From positions 18,910,001 to 18,974,000 of the forward strand of contig OZ281500.1 of assembly GCA_965637545.1 (NCBI GenBank): DNA of 64,000 nt. The letters are read 5' to 3'. The position numbers and the translations under genes are program-made. A model generated the notes under the pieces. That model searched no databases. It saw only the letters and a program-made list of their open reading frames with translations, and had not been told where the DNA came from. This document shows positions 37,984 through 50,800 of this stretch, piece after piece. Position 1 is the first letter of the stretch. Each line of letters opens with the position of its first letter. The DNA is from Phallusia mammillata. Lineage: Eukaryota.

Positions 37984-40900
37984 TCAATCTTGTCCCACAA
38001 CTTCGACCATGATTTGATGGGGGTTCGCATTTTCTTCGATTTCTTCCTTATCCTCTTTTGGTGAGTGATTTACGTTGCTCTCAGACTTCCAAGTTTTTTT
38101 TCGAAATGCTGGTAAATGTGGACGAATCATTGACGTGTAGCGACTTCGTGGATGTAGCGCCCTCCAACGGGTTACAAAATGCGTCATTGTCCGGTTTAGG
38201 GGCATCCCCGGCAGGCTGGGAGGTACCCTAACCACAGCGCTAACGTTTTTAGCAACCATATCGTGTATATCATTGTTTTTTACCAATCCCAGTTTAATCC
38301 GCGTTTGTCGCCACTTAACGGCGAAAGGTACATGTAGTTTTCGAACCCTGCCTAAATGTGCGACAATTTTATCCTGCACACCACCACCGGTTGTCAACCC
38401 GCGGTAATTAACCGGTTTTACGTTTCGCGAATGATTGTACGTTTTCTGCCGCAAGATGCCAGTAATGAGCACATCTTCCAGATGGAATCCGCTCATATCA
38501 GTGATCTCCGCTGTTCGGTAGATGTCGCTCAAGGTTTTAAACGACATTATCGTCATTCCACCGTGACAAAAGGTAGGATAGGCATCTTCGGGATAAACGT
38601 CAAGAGAGATTTCGTATTTGGAATGCTTTCTATGATGGGCAAAAATTAAAAAAAGCTTTGTATAAACCTTTAACAGTTTTGCTGCAGTATTGAGCCTAGG
38701 AGCAATGCAATCGTGGTGCTCAGTGCCGGTATTTGTGCTGATATGAAACTATTACAAACAGTAATCCTCTGTTGAACCAGATTCGGTTAATCCGAATCTT
38801 CACCTAATCGGACAAGACCTGAGATACAAACGATTTTTAATGTGGTAAAACTTTAACTAATCGACATCGATTAGTACAAATCTTCGCCTAATCCTGACAT
38901 TTTTTACTGTACCTACCTAATTGGCCTGGCCACTTTGTTGTACAAGAATCCACAGTGAATAGTGGAGAGCTTTTCACTCGAGCGACTCGCAAAGTATTCG
39001 TAAGCAGCAAGAATATTCACGTAACAATCGTCATCAGTGGTGACGTAATAATCACTTTTGTTTCCGATCTCATTAGTTACCCATTGCATTGAACTCAGCA
39101 CCTAAAGATTGCAAGTTTTGTCACATAACGTCATGACGATTCACACTATGACGTCACTAAACAGATTACGGACATCGTGACGTTACCTTTTGTGGTAGAC
39201 TGACGTAATCGTCAGGTACGTCACTTTGCAGAATGTCGCCATACAAATCGTTTTCTTCTTGTATGATGTTCTGTTGCTCGGTTGTTGTCATGTTACCGAT
39301 CACAAAAATAACTCCAAAACTATAAACACAAACAATTAGTCAAACTCTGTGCTAGAACAAAGCGCCCAAAAAACACAAGAGACAAATATAGTGTCTGGTA
39401 ATTTCATCGCAGTCACAGCAATAATTCAATAGTATAGTAATCTAATTGTTTCTCAACGCCTTTCCTCTCATGCCATGCCATAAACACCAAATAAAAATGT
39501 TAAGCTTTAAAAACACCAATGTGTTGAAAAAATCTGAAAAAAAGAGTTAGAGATGTGGTACACACTTTATCATACACACTTGCAAATTATTTACGCTTAT
39601 AATGCTTTTTTGATAAAGCCCTATGTAACCCAGTGACTTTTGCGGCACACCCAGCCTGAAGAGCGATGCTATAAATCAAAGCTAGAACCTTCACCCACCT
39701 GTAGCCGTTAATACTTGATATAGCTCCCCATGTCTGACGTATTAGGAAACGCCGTTCAATCATAAAGCTTGTCGATTTGACAAGAAACGTCATAAAATAA
39801 CGACTGAAATCTGTTTTGAATCTTTCCAAGTACCTTTCTGGCCTGTATAATGTGTTAAGTATCAATATTTGAACAATACAATTAATTACGAAACCACTGT
39901 ATTTTCAGACAATACATAGAAAGGACAGATGCATTATTTGATACCTTATGCATTATTTTTTACTACTTAGCAATGTAGGCTAAAGTTAACCTGGTCTCAA
40001 ACCTTAGTAAATTGGATTCCGGGAATCATTCTCAATCGATTTAGACAATGAATATTTATAATCGAAATATATCTGTTCTGTGTAAGATGGCTAACTGATT
40101 TTAACCTGGAAATAAACGTTTCCAATCTTGCGATAAAAAGTTTACCTGAGTTCAAATTTGTTGGCAATCTGTTGCCTGTTTATGTTTGCAAGGAATCTGT
40201 CTGGAAGTTTGATGAACACAGGAGGTGGTCGCTTGGTTGGTTCTAGGTACGGTCTATAACAGCACAAGGTGAACAATAGTTCAATGGTATCAATACAACA
40301 TGTGATTTAAATATAGGCTAGCTCATAAGTTTCACAATCTAACAAGAAATACATAAACAAGAAAGTACAAAACTTTCCCAAATCGCTTTGTGGATCCTTC
40401 TTTGGAAACCTCACAGCGTTAAATACCATCAAGGGCACACTTGCTGACATGGGCGCCGCCACGTAGGGGCAAGAGGGGGCACTCCCCCCCCCCCCCCCCC
40501 CCCCCCCGCCCCCCTCTTGGAATTTCAGTGTACCTCAATTTAACATATTTAGCAGCAAACCTAATTAAATTGGCAGCGCGGGGATTTGTGACATCGTTCA
40601 ATGCTTTTAGGCAACTCAATTGTGAAGTACACGATTTATGGCTTCATATGTAACAAATTCTTGATGCGGTAAAGCATCAGCCAAAATTTGCCCCCTCTTG
40701 CAAAATTTTCTGCCGGCGCCCATGCTTGCTGACTTAAAAGGCCGCTGGTTTCCCATTCCTGACCTGGCTACATTGCTTAATGACTGAATGAGGGAAAAAT
40801 CTTTAGCTTCGATTTTGCCGCGCATAACTAAATTTAAAAACAGTAACGAGAAATGTTTTAAACAGAAAAAACAATACCAAGTTTAATCACCTCAGTTTTA

Positions 40901-41212
40901 ATTTGCAAATTGGACGTCCGGCTTAAGGCATGAAAAAATATTTCCTATGCTGCAGGGGTTAAAGAAGTCTCAAACTGTACTCAAAAAAGATACTACACAC
41001 CTCTGTATTTTTGCGCAATCAGTTCCATCAAATGTTTCATCTGAAGAGACGCCCCTACAGGTGCGGATCATAATATCTCTCGTATTGAATCCGATGGTAA
41101 TGCCAAGAACGAAGGCAAGACCAACTAACAATAATGATCTGGTTTTGGACGACCTTCGGTAGGTGTGGATCCCTATTGGTTTCGCTCTTAGGTAGCGAAA
41201 AGACCGACTCAT
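37984..41212 (-). CDS. beta-1,3-galactosyltransferase-like (GT31) protein 1, 6 exons, ~475 aa
   Basis: Exons 41001-41212, 40146-40253, 39699-39842, 39187-39319, 38917-39101, 37984-38629 (1428 nt, phases consistent). N-terminal signal anchor. GT31 motifs FLVKS..ERRFLIRQTWG, EENDLYGDILQ, TDDD (DxD), YPTFCHGG, LEDVLITG. Confidence 0.9.
40448..40724. mobile_element. hAT-type MITE with CATGGGCGCC termini (277 bp) containing a 24-C run
   Basis: TIRs CATGGGCGCC / GGCGCCCATG. Perfect TSD CTTGCTGA (40440-40447, 40725-40732). Confidence 0.88.
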
Positions 41213-41289
41213 GATCAAACAAACAGTAAAATCATGTTGGTAATAAATACATGCTTTTTTATCTGGTTTGGGTAGATGCTGTCAAACAG

Positions 41290-41690
41290 TTAAAATCTAC
41301 AAGACAAAGTATCATGATAAACTAACTTGGTAATGTATAATAAGCCAGATCTTTTGAAGGCGTAGTACCATGATAGTTCAGAATAGCTTGGTAATTATTT
41401 GTTATTGACCTACAAAAAGTTAAACACAAGATTTACAAGACGAAGTATCACCAAACAACAGCTTGGTAATATATAGTACGCCAGGCCTATTGAAAGCGTT
41501 GTTCCGAAAGTATGTTCATAATAGATTGGTAATTGTTTGTTATTGGCCTATGAAAGTTAAACACAAGATTTACAAGTATCATGAAAACTAGCTCGGTAAT
41601 GTATAGTACCCCAGGTCTTTTGTAGGCTTTCTACCGAATGTATTTTCATGTTAACTTACCAGTAATAGTTTGTTATTGGCATATGATTAG
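41290..41690. repeat. diverged tandem repeat, ~135-bp unit, ~3 copies (repeated again from 47857)
   Basis: Recurrent TACAAG..AGTATCA..AAAC.AGCTTGGTAAT.TATA ... GGTAAT..TTTGTTATTG.C.TA at about 41296, 41432 and 41570. Confidence 0.75.
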
Positions 41691-44407
41691 GGTTTAAACT
41701 GCAGAAGGTGACTCAACTAAATTGCCAAATGCAGTATCTGTGTAAGGAGTGTTACAAACACATGACTAAGCTATACTTCCTGTTGCTTGCTGGCGCACTG
41801 AGCAAGAGGATATGACATTCTGCCATGACCTATTTGTGCAATTCCTGTCTAATAACATGAAAAACATTTTGCCTGAACCACTTTTACATCGTAACAAGTA
41901 TATTCAATTGTTGGTACTTACAGATATAGCAGAGATACCGTAAATCCGAACTGTTTGTTTACATAATAGCATCTTTCTTTTGTGTTATGCTAAATACGGT
42001 TTGTATACAAATTTTACCATCTATTTTAGACTGAACTGCATGTGTATGAGTCTAACTGTCACATTTTAAAGTTAATCACTTTGCAGCAGTAGCAATAGCA
42101 GCAGCTTCCAAACGCTAGCTGCAGCCTTTTCCCAACCTTTTTCCTAGTGCAGGCGCCGAACACTTGACGTAATGAAGTAGGGTTACGTAGACTGTTTGTC
42201 ACCATCACTTCCGTACTTCGTCATTCACACTAGCTTCCTGTTTCACATGTTATAGCTCGTTGAAAAACGATTTTGCTGCTGGCTAGATCCAAAAACTTGT
42301 TGTGGACTTCAACTGGCATTTTTAGGTGTTTGTGAGTCTGTTGGTCTGTTGTTCTTAAACTTAAGACACTAACAAACTATCTTTGTTGCAGCAATTTTTG
42401 CAGGCAAAAACAGGTTGCAATATAAATTTGATGTGACTGGTTTTGGAGCTCAAAACTACACTCGCGATTTGTCTTACATGCACATAGCGTAATACATGAG
42501 GTAACGATTGCACTTTGTAAATAACAAACATTTCACGACACACAAATACAATTTTTTTTTCTGAATCGATTGGTAAATATGATTTGCCATTATTTCACCC
42601 TTGGTTACAAACAGACCTTCACATTGCACTGATGGTACGCTACAAGCTGTTTGTTTCGCTAACATTCTTAATTCGAACATAAGCTCACTTTCACGAATTA
42701 ACCTTTAATTTCAAGCCAAGAGGTAAAGTGATGTTACATTTTAAATGGCACACCGAGAAATCAATACATAAATTAAACATACGTTTTACAGCAACACTGC
42801 GTATACTGCCTCAATTGTTCACAGACAGGTGACGTTTCTTCAGCCACAAAACGCACAATAGCATGCGCCCATTGAGAAAGTGTCCTTTTTCTTCTACATC
42901 CTATTTTTGGAGCATTTATTGGCATTGCCAACAGCTGCCTATTTGAGTTTGCTGTTATGTCTACAATGCTTTTACGGAGCTTTCATTTAATTTTACACGC
43001 ATACTTGAAAGGCCGCTTAATATCTTACAAACACATTAGTTGCAAATGTTTTAATAATTGCTATTTTAGGGCAACATTTTGTAAGTTATCTTGCAATTAT
43101 GTTTTTAATTAAGTTGGCGTAACAATCTATCCCCAACCACTCAACACTTTTGACCTGTTTTACACTTGAGGTGAAAGGGTGGTACTCCTTTCCCACTCAA
43201 TAACCCTTTGATGAGCTTTTAAGATGGCTGAAATGATTTTGACTCTGTGTTTAACGAAACCAGAGCTGCTTGTTTCAAAGTTTCACTTTAAACTGGGCAC
43301 TTTAACTTTGTTGACTTAGTTGCCTGCCCACATGCCGCCTTGTATTGAACAACGCATTTTGGGGGCATTACATTACATTACACAGTAAAGATGTTTTCTT
43401 TGTTCTTTATCTCGATTTAACACCAATACTTGCAAAACACAGGTAACTAGACATTTTTGGTAACTGCAGTATCCCCATCAGGACATTCAGATAAAGTCGT
43501 TGTAACCAAAGTCTAGTTAAACCAGAGACTACTAAGTAGAGATAGTCTCTGGCTAAACACAGGGATTTTGTTATTAACACTTTTAAATGTTGTTTTGTGA
43601 CTCGCCTCGAGTTTACTCGTTTAGCCAAGTTCATCCTTGATCTGTCTTCAGCTAGGTTTGTAACTGGCTCAACCACAATGTAACAATATAAATAGCCTGT
43701 TTTCAAAACTTATAACAGTTGTAAATAAATGCCTTTGTCAAACGCTCTTCTTTTAACTGCATAATGATACTCGCCTCACAGCTTTTGCATTAGGAAGTGT
43801 TCATGTAAACATACATTCAAACGAGGCGATATCAAAGGACCTTTCCAGATGCAACTCAAAAACATTGCTTACACTGACAGATCTACAACCGGTTGTAAAG
43901 TCTGGACAATGTCTATTAACCTTTCAAAAGCAAAGAAATGATTTCAAGAACGTATCAAACATAACTAGCCTTAAACAAGTAACATAACTACCTCGCCTTT
44001 GTTGTTACTTCAAATAAGCAACTGTCATTGCTTTCGCAGTCTGGAATAATCTCACAGCTCAAATAAATAGTTTAATGTTCTACCTTCTAACAGCACACAT
44101 CCGCCGCATGACCCGAGGCTACATAAAGTTGCCCATTGTGACGCAGCTGACGTAATTGCAGAATAACTGCTATTGTTGCTGTGAAGACTGACAGCAACAA
44201 AAGCAACCAAGAAAATTGTAAACTTCAAATAGTTACCACAATAGCATTTATAGATTGAATATGTTACATGGCAGTTGACGACACAAGTTTCGACTGCATA
44301 TAAACTTAGCTTACACATTGTGTTTGTCAGTTTTAATGTTGCTGCTTGGTTGACATATTACTGGGAATTTTCGCGGGAGGCAACGTGATGGGGTAATAGA
44401 ATAAAGG

Positions 44408-44603
44408 CAGTGATGGGATTCAACTCATCACTGCCTTTATTCTATTACCCCAGCCGGTTCTATCACAAAAGTAATAATTTTCAGCCGGTTCTGTTACCAA
44501 AAGTCCATTTACAGTAGTAACCAGTGATGCTAACCGGTTTGCTCATCTCATAAAAAAAAACGGTTCTACAGAACCGGTACAAACCGGCTGAATCCCACCG
44601 CTG
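44408..44603. mobile_element. hAT-type MITE with fold-back insertion (duplicate copy at 50950-51145)
   Basis: TIRs CAGTGATGGGATTCA / TGAATCCCACCGCTG. Perfect TSD AATAAAGG (44400-44407, 44604-44611). Confidence 0.88.
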
Positions 44604-45556
44604 AATAAAGGCCCTCTATAATAAAGTTTTTTTTGTGTGTGCAGATAATTTGTACGTTGGGGACCACAGATATTGACCTTAAAAGAAGCTTTATACAACA
44701 CACATTGCCATTGAGCTCAAACAGCGATTGCTAAAACTGCAATAAAGTGCATTTTGACTTTTTTGGTAGTTTTGTTTTTCGCTACAAGTTGATGTGCGTT
44801 TTCCGTTTTATCTTTTGTAATCTCCATCTACGCAATATGCCACGACTTTCACTTGCAACAGTTCGATTGCTCATCGCATTTGTGACAAACAGGACTCGTA
44901 TGTGTTATGGATTGGTATTTTAACACCTTTTCAACCGCACGTCCGCGGTCAACAAGTACAGCATGTGCGAAAAGGGAAATGAAAAACACATTCAATTTTG
45001 GTTTTTATATATTGATTGTATTTTTTAAATTCAACAAACAAATAACTGCCACTTAACAAACAGTCTTGTACGTTGCCTAGAAACTTGGACCAATATGACT
45101 TTGCCTTCAAATGATCCTACAATGTAAACGAAAATGCTTTATTCCAGTTGCAGCAATAAAAAGCCCAAATTTATTGTCAGCCCAGACGTTTATTGGCAAT
45201 CTGATTTGCATACTTGCAAATATCAGCTACAAATTACGCAAACGGACAATGACCGGCAACCAATCAACTGCGGTAATTTGGTAATTAAAATATCCCCGGC
45301 GGCAAGAGATGCATTCTCTCCTGAAAACCGACCATTACAACATCTCTTTGTGTGAGTTAAGTACGAAAGTACAATAGAAGAAAGAGAAAATTCCTTCTTG
45401 GTAAAAGCTAAAACAATTAACACGACACCGCAGTTGTACCGATTATTTGGTTTGTACGAGTCGTGCAAAAAAACAAGTAGAAAAGTCGTTTTGTAAAAGA
45501 TTTAATAGAACTAAATGGAGGACTTACTTGTTACGAAAGAACTTGGACATTGCCAG

Positions 45557-45986
45557 ATGTCCGCCGAAATCAATGTGATCATCTATCAGGGTCCGACTAG
45601 AAAATTCAGCTCGAGGAATCAGAAATGTATATCGGCTCTTCTTATCATAACCGGAATATGCGTTGGATTCAATATCTCGATGTTTACCTCAGAGAACCAC
45701 GCAGCGACCAAAATAAGTAACAGAAACGGAAAACAGTTTACGGCATTTTCAGCACTCCCAACGTAAGTGTTGACTTTTGTACAGTAGTTTTGCTAATAGA
45801 GTTCTCGCCCTAAGAAGTAGCCTAACTCGGAATTGACAAATTGTCAAGCATTTTTCTACTGACCAAGACTTTAAATGACACTTTTTGCGCAATGTTTTAG
45901 GAGACCTACCTTTGAGGCAGATGAAAATTCATTACTTCCAAAAAACTTTGCAGAAAATGTTTCACAGAACAGCGCTACTAAGCGGT
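45557..45986 (+). pseudogene. truncated duplicate of GT31 gene 2 (exon 1 and most of exon 2 only)
   Basis: Exon 1 (45557-45762) matches 52099-52304. Exon 2 starts at 45901 and breaks off at 45986, 10 nt short of its normal end. Confidence 0.8.
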
Positions 45987-47565
45987 ATGGTTGGATTCAG
46001 TAGAACAAGAAGCCAAGTAACTTGCCACAACATCCCATAAACTTTCCACGCCGCTCATAGCATTTGCATATTGCACAAGTAGAAAGTCCCGCAAATCTGA
46101 ACTGTTTCTAAAAAAAGTTGAACAAAAATTTGGTAAAAGTAAATGTTAAGGAAATGAAAATTAAAAACAGTTAAAAGTACAGTTTTCATTCTTCGTGGTC
46201 TGTGCAAAATTATTATTTTCTAATTGGTAAGAAATGTGTAAAGACACTTAGGCTAATCATTCTATAATAATGAACTTACTCCGATGAATAGTTTGGAATT
46301 AACTCAGAATAGTAAATCAAGTCTGTAAGATGAGTTGGAAGCCACCAGTTACTTAAATGAATACAGCACTCCGAATAACCTGAAAAATACTATTGTTAAT
46401 AACTATATTGGCATACATAACACTTAAAATTGTTTTAAATTTGAGTTTGTTACCCATTTCAATTCAGCCAGTTATTTGAATATTAATTGTGTTCTGTTAA
46501 CTTCGACAATTTGTATGTAGACACAAAAATACAAGCACTATCACACTATTTTGCACAAATAACTTCAACCTGAATGTGTTTTGCCAACCTGTGAAACATC
46601 AAACTTGAAAGCAGCAAGTAAAATATTATCCAAAGCACTGAGTTCTGTGTGGCCTCCCATACATGTCAATGCACAACTGAAATAAAACCCATTTATGTCA
46701 CTTATTGTAAATTCCACAAAACTAAAACACAAATAAAAAATAAAACAAAAAATATTTGTCTAGTTTTCATTGGTCACACGCGATTTGTTTTATAACCCTA
46801 CACATGGACCTGTTTTGTAAAGAAACACAGAGTTGGGTGTTTCTATATTCAATGTCTGTTAATTGCCTAGGGTTTATACACTGGGTTTTGAATTGTATAT
46901 TTGTTAATAATGACGTAAGCATTTGCCAATTATTTTATAACAAGTATATTACTTTACATATCTTTTAGGCCATATCATTTAATTATTTTTAGACATTTTT
47001 TCCATAGTTTGTTGATTTTGTAGGATTTGGCTGTTGTTTATTTAATTTAAAGAAATGCGCAACTTAACTTAGTTGCCAAATGATGGATATTACCTTGCTG
47101 TGATAATGCAGGTCATACAAGTTTATTGTTGGGTTTGTGTACAAGAGGTAAGTGATGAGGATTCGATACCAACTTCCACTTAGTTCTGAGAGTTGATGAA
47201 AAACTTCTTCATCGCCACACAAAATCTAAAAACAACATCGAAGTATTAAATTGTTAAATGAATTTTTCTATTCAAACTGTTGTGTTGCTAAACAAATGAC
47301 AAACCCAACAAAAATGGGAATAAATAATACAGATTTTACACATAAGTGAAAGTTTTTATTGTTTTGCTTATAACAAGGAGGTGCTAAAGCAGTTTTCCAA
47401 ATTAAGTACAAATGGCACAGGCGCTTCTTGTTGCATACTTACCTTACAAATTGTCTTTAATTCAATTACAGTGTCAAAGTCACCATCATGTAATCGCTTT
47501 AAACATTCATCCTGCCAATGTCTCCATTTCATTTCAAACTCAGCCGTAGACTGGCCTTGGTAAAA
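45987..47565 (-). pseudogene. NUP85: nucleoporin NUP85 internal fragment (5 exons), 3'-truncated, with two 1-bp frameshifts (pseudogene or sequencing error)
   Basis: Exons 47443-47565 (FYQGQSTAEFEMKWRHWQDECLKRL), 47094-47225 (ILCGDEEVFHQLSELSGSWYRILITYLLYTNPT), 46589-46676 (LCIDMY/GGHTELSALDNILLAAFKFDVSQ), 46280-46379 (VIR/ECCIHLSNWWLPTHLTDL), 45987-46107 (DLRDFLLVQYANAMSGVESLWDVVASYL). These match, in order, the NUP85 motifs I recall: ELKWQHW, WYHFLVTRLLYSNPT, LDNILLAAFEFD, LSNWWFVAHLTDLL, REFLLLEYA..SLWQ. Confidence 0.88.
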
Positions 47566-47656
47566 CTAAAAAAAACTATAAATAAGTTTTCTGCAAACTC
47601 TACGGAAAAAAACAACGCAAAGAGTGAAAGAAATTTTGAAAATGAATCAGCTTTTC

Positions 47657-47856
47657 NNNNNNNNNNNNNNNNNNNNNNNNNNNNNNNNNNNNNNNNNNNN
47701 NNNNNNNNNNNNNNNNNNNNNNNNNNNNNNNNNNNNNNNNNNNNNNNNNNNNNNNNNNNNNNNNNNNNNNNNNNNNNNNNNNNNNNNNNNNNNNNNNNNN
47801 NNNNNNNNNNNNNNNNNNNNNNNNNNNNNNNNNNNNNNNNNNNNNNNNNNNNNNNN
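47657..47856. other. assembly gap (200 N)
   Basis: Run of exactly 200 N, a fixed-size scaffolding spacer. Confidence 0.99.
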
Positions 47857-50800
47857 TAAACTAACTTGGTAATGTATAATAAGCCAGATCTTTTGAAGGC
47901 GTAGTACCATGATAGTTCAGAATAGCTTGGTAATTATTTGTTATTGACCTACAAAAAGTTAAACACAAGATTTACAAGACGAAGTATCACCAAACAACAG
48001 CTTGGTAATATATAGTACGCCAGGCCTATTGAAAGCGTTGTTCCGAAAGTATGTTCATAATAGATTGGTAATTGTTTGTTATTGGCCTATGAAAGTTAAA
48101 CACAAGATTTACAAGTATCATGAAAACTAGCTCGGTAATGTATAGTACCCCAGGTCTTTTGTAGGCTTTCTACCGAATGTATTTTCATGTTAACTTACCA
48201 GTAATAGTTTGTTATTGGCATATGATTAGGGTTTAAACTGCAGAAGGTGACTCAACTAAATTGCCAAATGCAGTATCTGTGTAAGGAGTGTTACAAACAC
48301 ATGACTAAGCTATACTTCCTGTTGCTTGCTGGCGCACTGAGCAAGAGGATATGACATTCTGCCATGACCTATTTGTGCAATTCCTGTCTAATAACATGAA
48401 AAACATTTTGCCTGAACCACTTTTACATCGTAACAAGTATATTCAATTGTTGGTACTTACAGATATAGCAGAGATACCGTAAATCCGAACTGTTTGTTTA
48501 CATAATAGCATCTTTCTTTTGTGTTATGCTAAATACGGTTTGTATACAAATTTTACCATCTATTTTAGACTGAACTGCATGTGTATGAGTCTAACTGTCA
48601 CATTTTAAAGTTAATCACTTTGCAGCAGTAGCAATAGCAGCAGCTTCCAAACGCTAGCTGCAGCCTTTTCCCAACCTTTTTCCTAGTGCAGGCGCCGAAC
48701 ACTTGACGTAATGAAGTAGGGTTACGTAGACTGTTTGTCACCATCACTTCCGTACTTCGTCATTCACACTAGCTTCCTGTTTCACATGTTATAGCTCGTT
48801 GAAAAACGATTTTGCTGCTGGCTAGATCCAAAAACTTGTTGTGGACTTCAACTGGCATTTTTAGGTGTTTGTGAGTCTGTTGGTCTGTTGTTCTTAAACT
48901 TAAGACACTAACAAACTATCTTTGTTGCAGCAATTTTTGCAGGCAAAAACAGGTTGCAATATAAATTTGATGTGACTGGTTTTGGAGCTCAAAACTACAC
49001 TCGCGATTTGTCTTACATGCACATAGCGTAATACATGAGGTAACGATTGCACTTTGTAAATAACAAACATTTCACGACACACAAATACAATTTTTTTTTC
49101 TGAATCGATTGGTAAATATGATTTGCCATTATTTCACCCTTGGTTACAAACAGACCTTCACATTGCACTGATGGTACGCTACAAGCTGTTTGTTTCGCTA
49201 ACATTCTTAATTCGAACATAAGCTCACTTTCACGAATTAACCTTTAATTTCAAGCCAAGAGGTAAAGTGATGTTACATTTTAAATGGCACACCGAGAAAT
49301 CAATACATAAATTAAACATACGTTTTACAGCAACACTGCGTATACTGCCTCAATTGTTCACAGACAGGTGACGTTTCTTCAGCCACAAAACGCACAATAG
49401 CATGCGCCCATTGAGAAAGTGTCCCTTTTTCTTCTACATCCTATTTTTTGGAGCATTTATTGGCATTGCCAACAGCTGCCTATTTGAGTTTGCTGTTATG
49501 TCTACAATGCTTTTACGGAGCTTTCATTTAATTTTACACGCATACTTGAAAGGCCGCTTAATATCTTACAAACACATTAGTTGCAAATGTTTTAATAATT
49601 GCTATTTTAGGGCAACATTTTGTAAGTTATCTTGCAATTATGTTTTTAATTAAGTTGGCGTAACAATCTATCCCCAACCACTCAACACTTTTGACCTGTT
49701 TTACACTTGAGGTGAAAGGGTGGTACTCCTTTCCCACTCAATAACCCTTTGATGAGCTTTTAAGATGGCTGAAATGATTTTGACTCTGTGTTTAACGAAA
49801 CCAGAGCTGCTTGTTTCAAAGTTTCACTTTAAACTGGGCACTTTAACTTTGTTGACTTAGTTGCCTGCCCACATGCCGCCTTGTATTGAACAACGCATTT
49901 TGGGGGCATTACATTACATTACACAGTAAAGATGTTTTCTTTGTTCTTTATCTCGATTTAACACCAATACTTGCAAAACACAGGTAACTAGACATTTTTG
50001 GTAACTGCAGTATCCCCATCAGGACATTCAGATAAAGTCGTTGTAACCAAAGTCTAGTTAAACCAGAGACTACTAAGTAGAGATAGTCTCTGGCTAAACA
50101 CAGGGATTTTGTTATTAACACTTTTAAATGTTGTTTTTGTGACTCGCCTCGAGTTTACTCGTTTAGCCAAGTTCATCCTTGATCTGTCTTCAGCTAGGTT
50201 TGTAACTGGCTCAACCACAATGTAACAATATAAATAGCCTGTTTTCAAAACTTATAACAGTTGTAAATAAATGCCTTTGTCAAACGCTCTTCTTTTAACT
50301 GCATAATGATACTCGCCTCACAGCTTTTGCATTAGGAAGTGTTCATGTAAACATACATTCAAACGAGGCGATATCAAAGGACCTTTCCAGATGCAACTCA
50401 AAAACATTGCTTACACTGACAGATCTACAACCGGTTGTAAAGTCTGGACAATGTCTATTAACCTTTCAAAAGCAAAGAAATGATTTCAAGAACGTATCAA
50501 ACATAACTAGCCTTAAACAAGTAACATAACTACCTCGCCTTTGTTGTTACTTCAAATAAGCAACTGTCATTGCTTTCGCAGTCTGGAATAATCTCACAGC
50601 TCAAATAAATAGTTTAATGTTCTACCTTCTAACAGCACACATCCGCCGCATGACCCGAGGCTACATAAAGTTGCCCATTGTGACGCAGCTGACGTAATTG
50701 CAGAATAACTGCTATTGTTGCTGTGAAGACTGACAGCAACAAAAGCAACCAAGAAAATTGTAAACTTCAAATAGTTACCACAATAGCATTTATAGATTGA

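Larger units (their letters stand above)
41318..45986 (+). repeat. near-identical ~4.67-kb direct duplicate of 47857-52528
   Basis: The post-gap sequence TAAACTAACTTGGTAATG matches 41318. The offset drifts from 6539 to 6542 through three 1-bp homopolymer indels, and one T/C substitution was seen. Identity ends at AGCGCTACTAAGCGGT. Confidence 0.97.

Noticed and set aside
42361-45468. Intergenic ORFs (60-99 aa) that appear twice in the track
   Set aside because: The repetition comes from the 4.67-kb duplicate, not conservation. One of them is broken by an indel between the copies, and none has a recognisable motif.
47518-47910. ORFs containing X runs
   Set aside because: Artefacts of translating the N gap.
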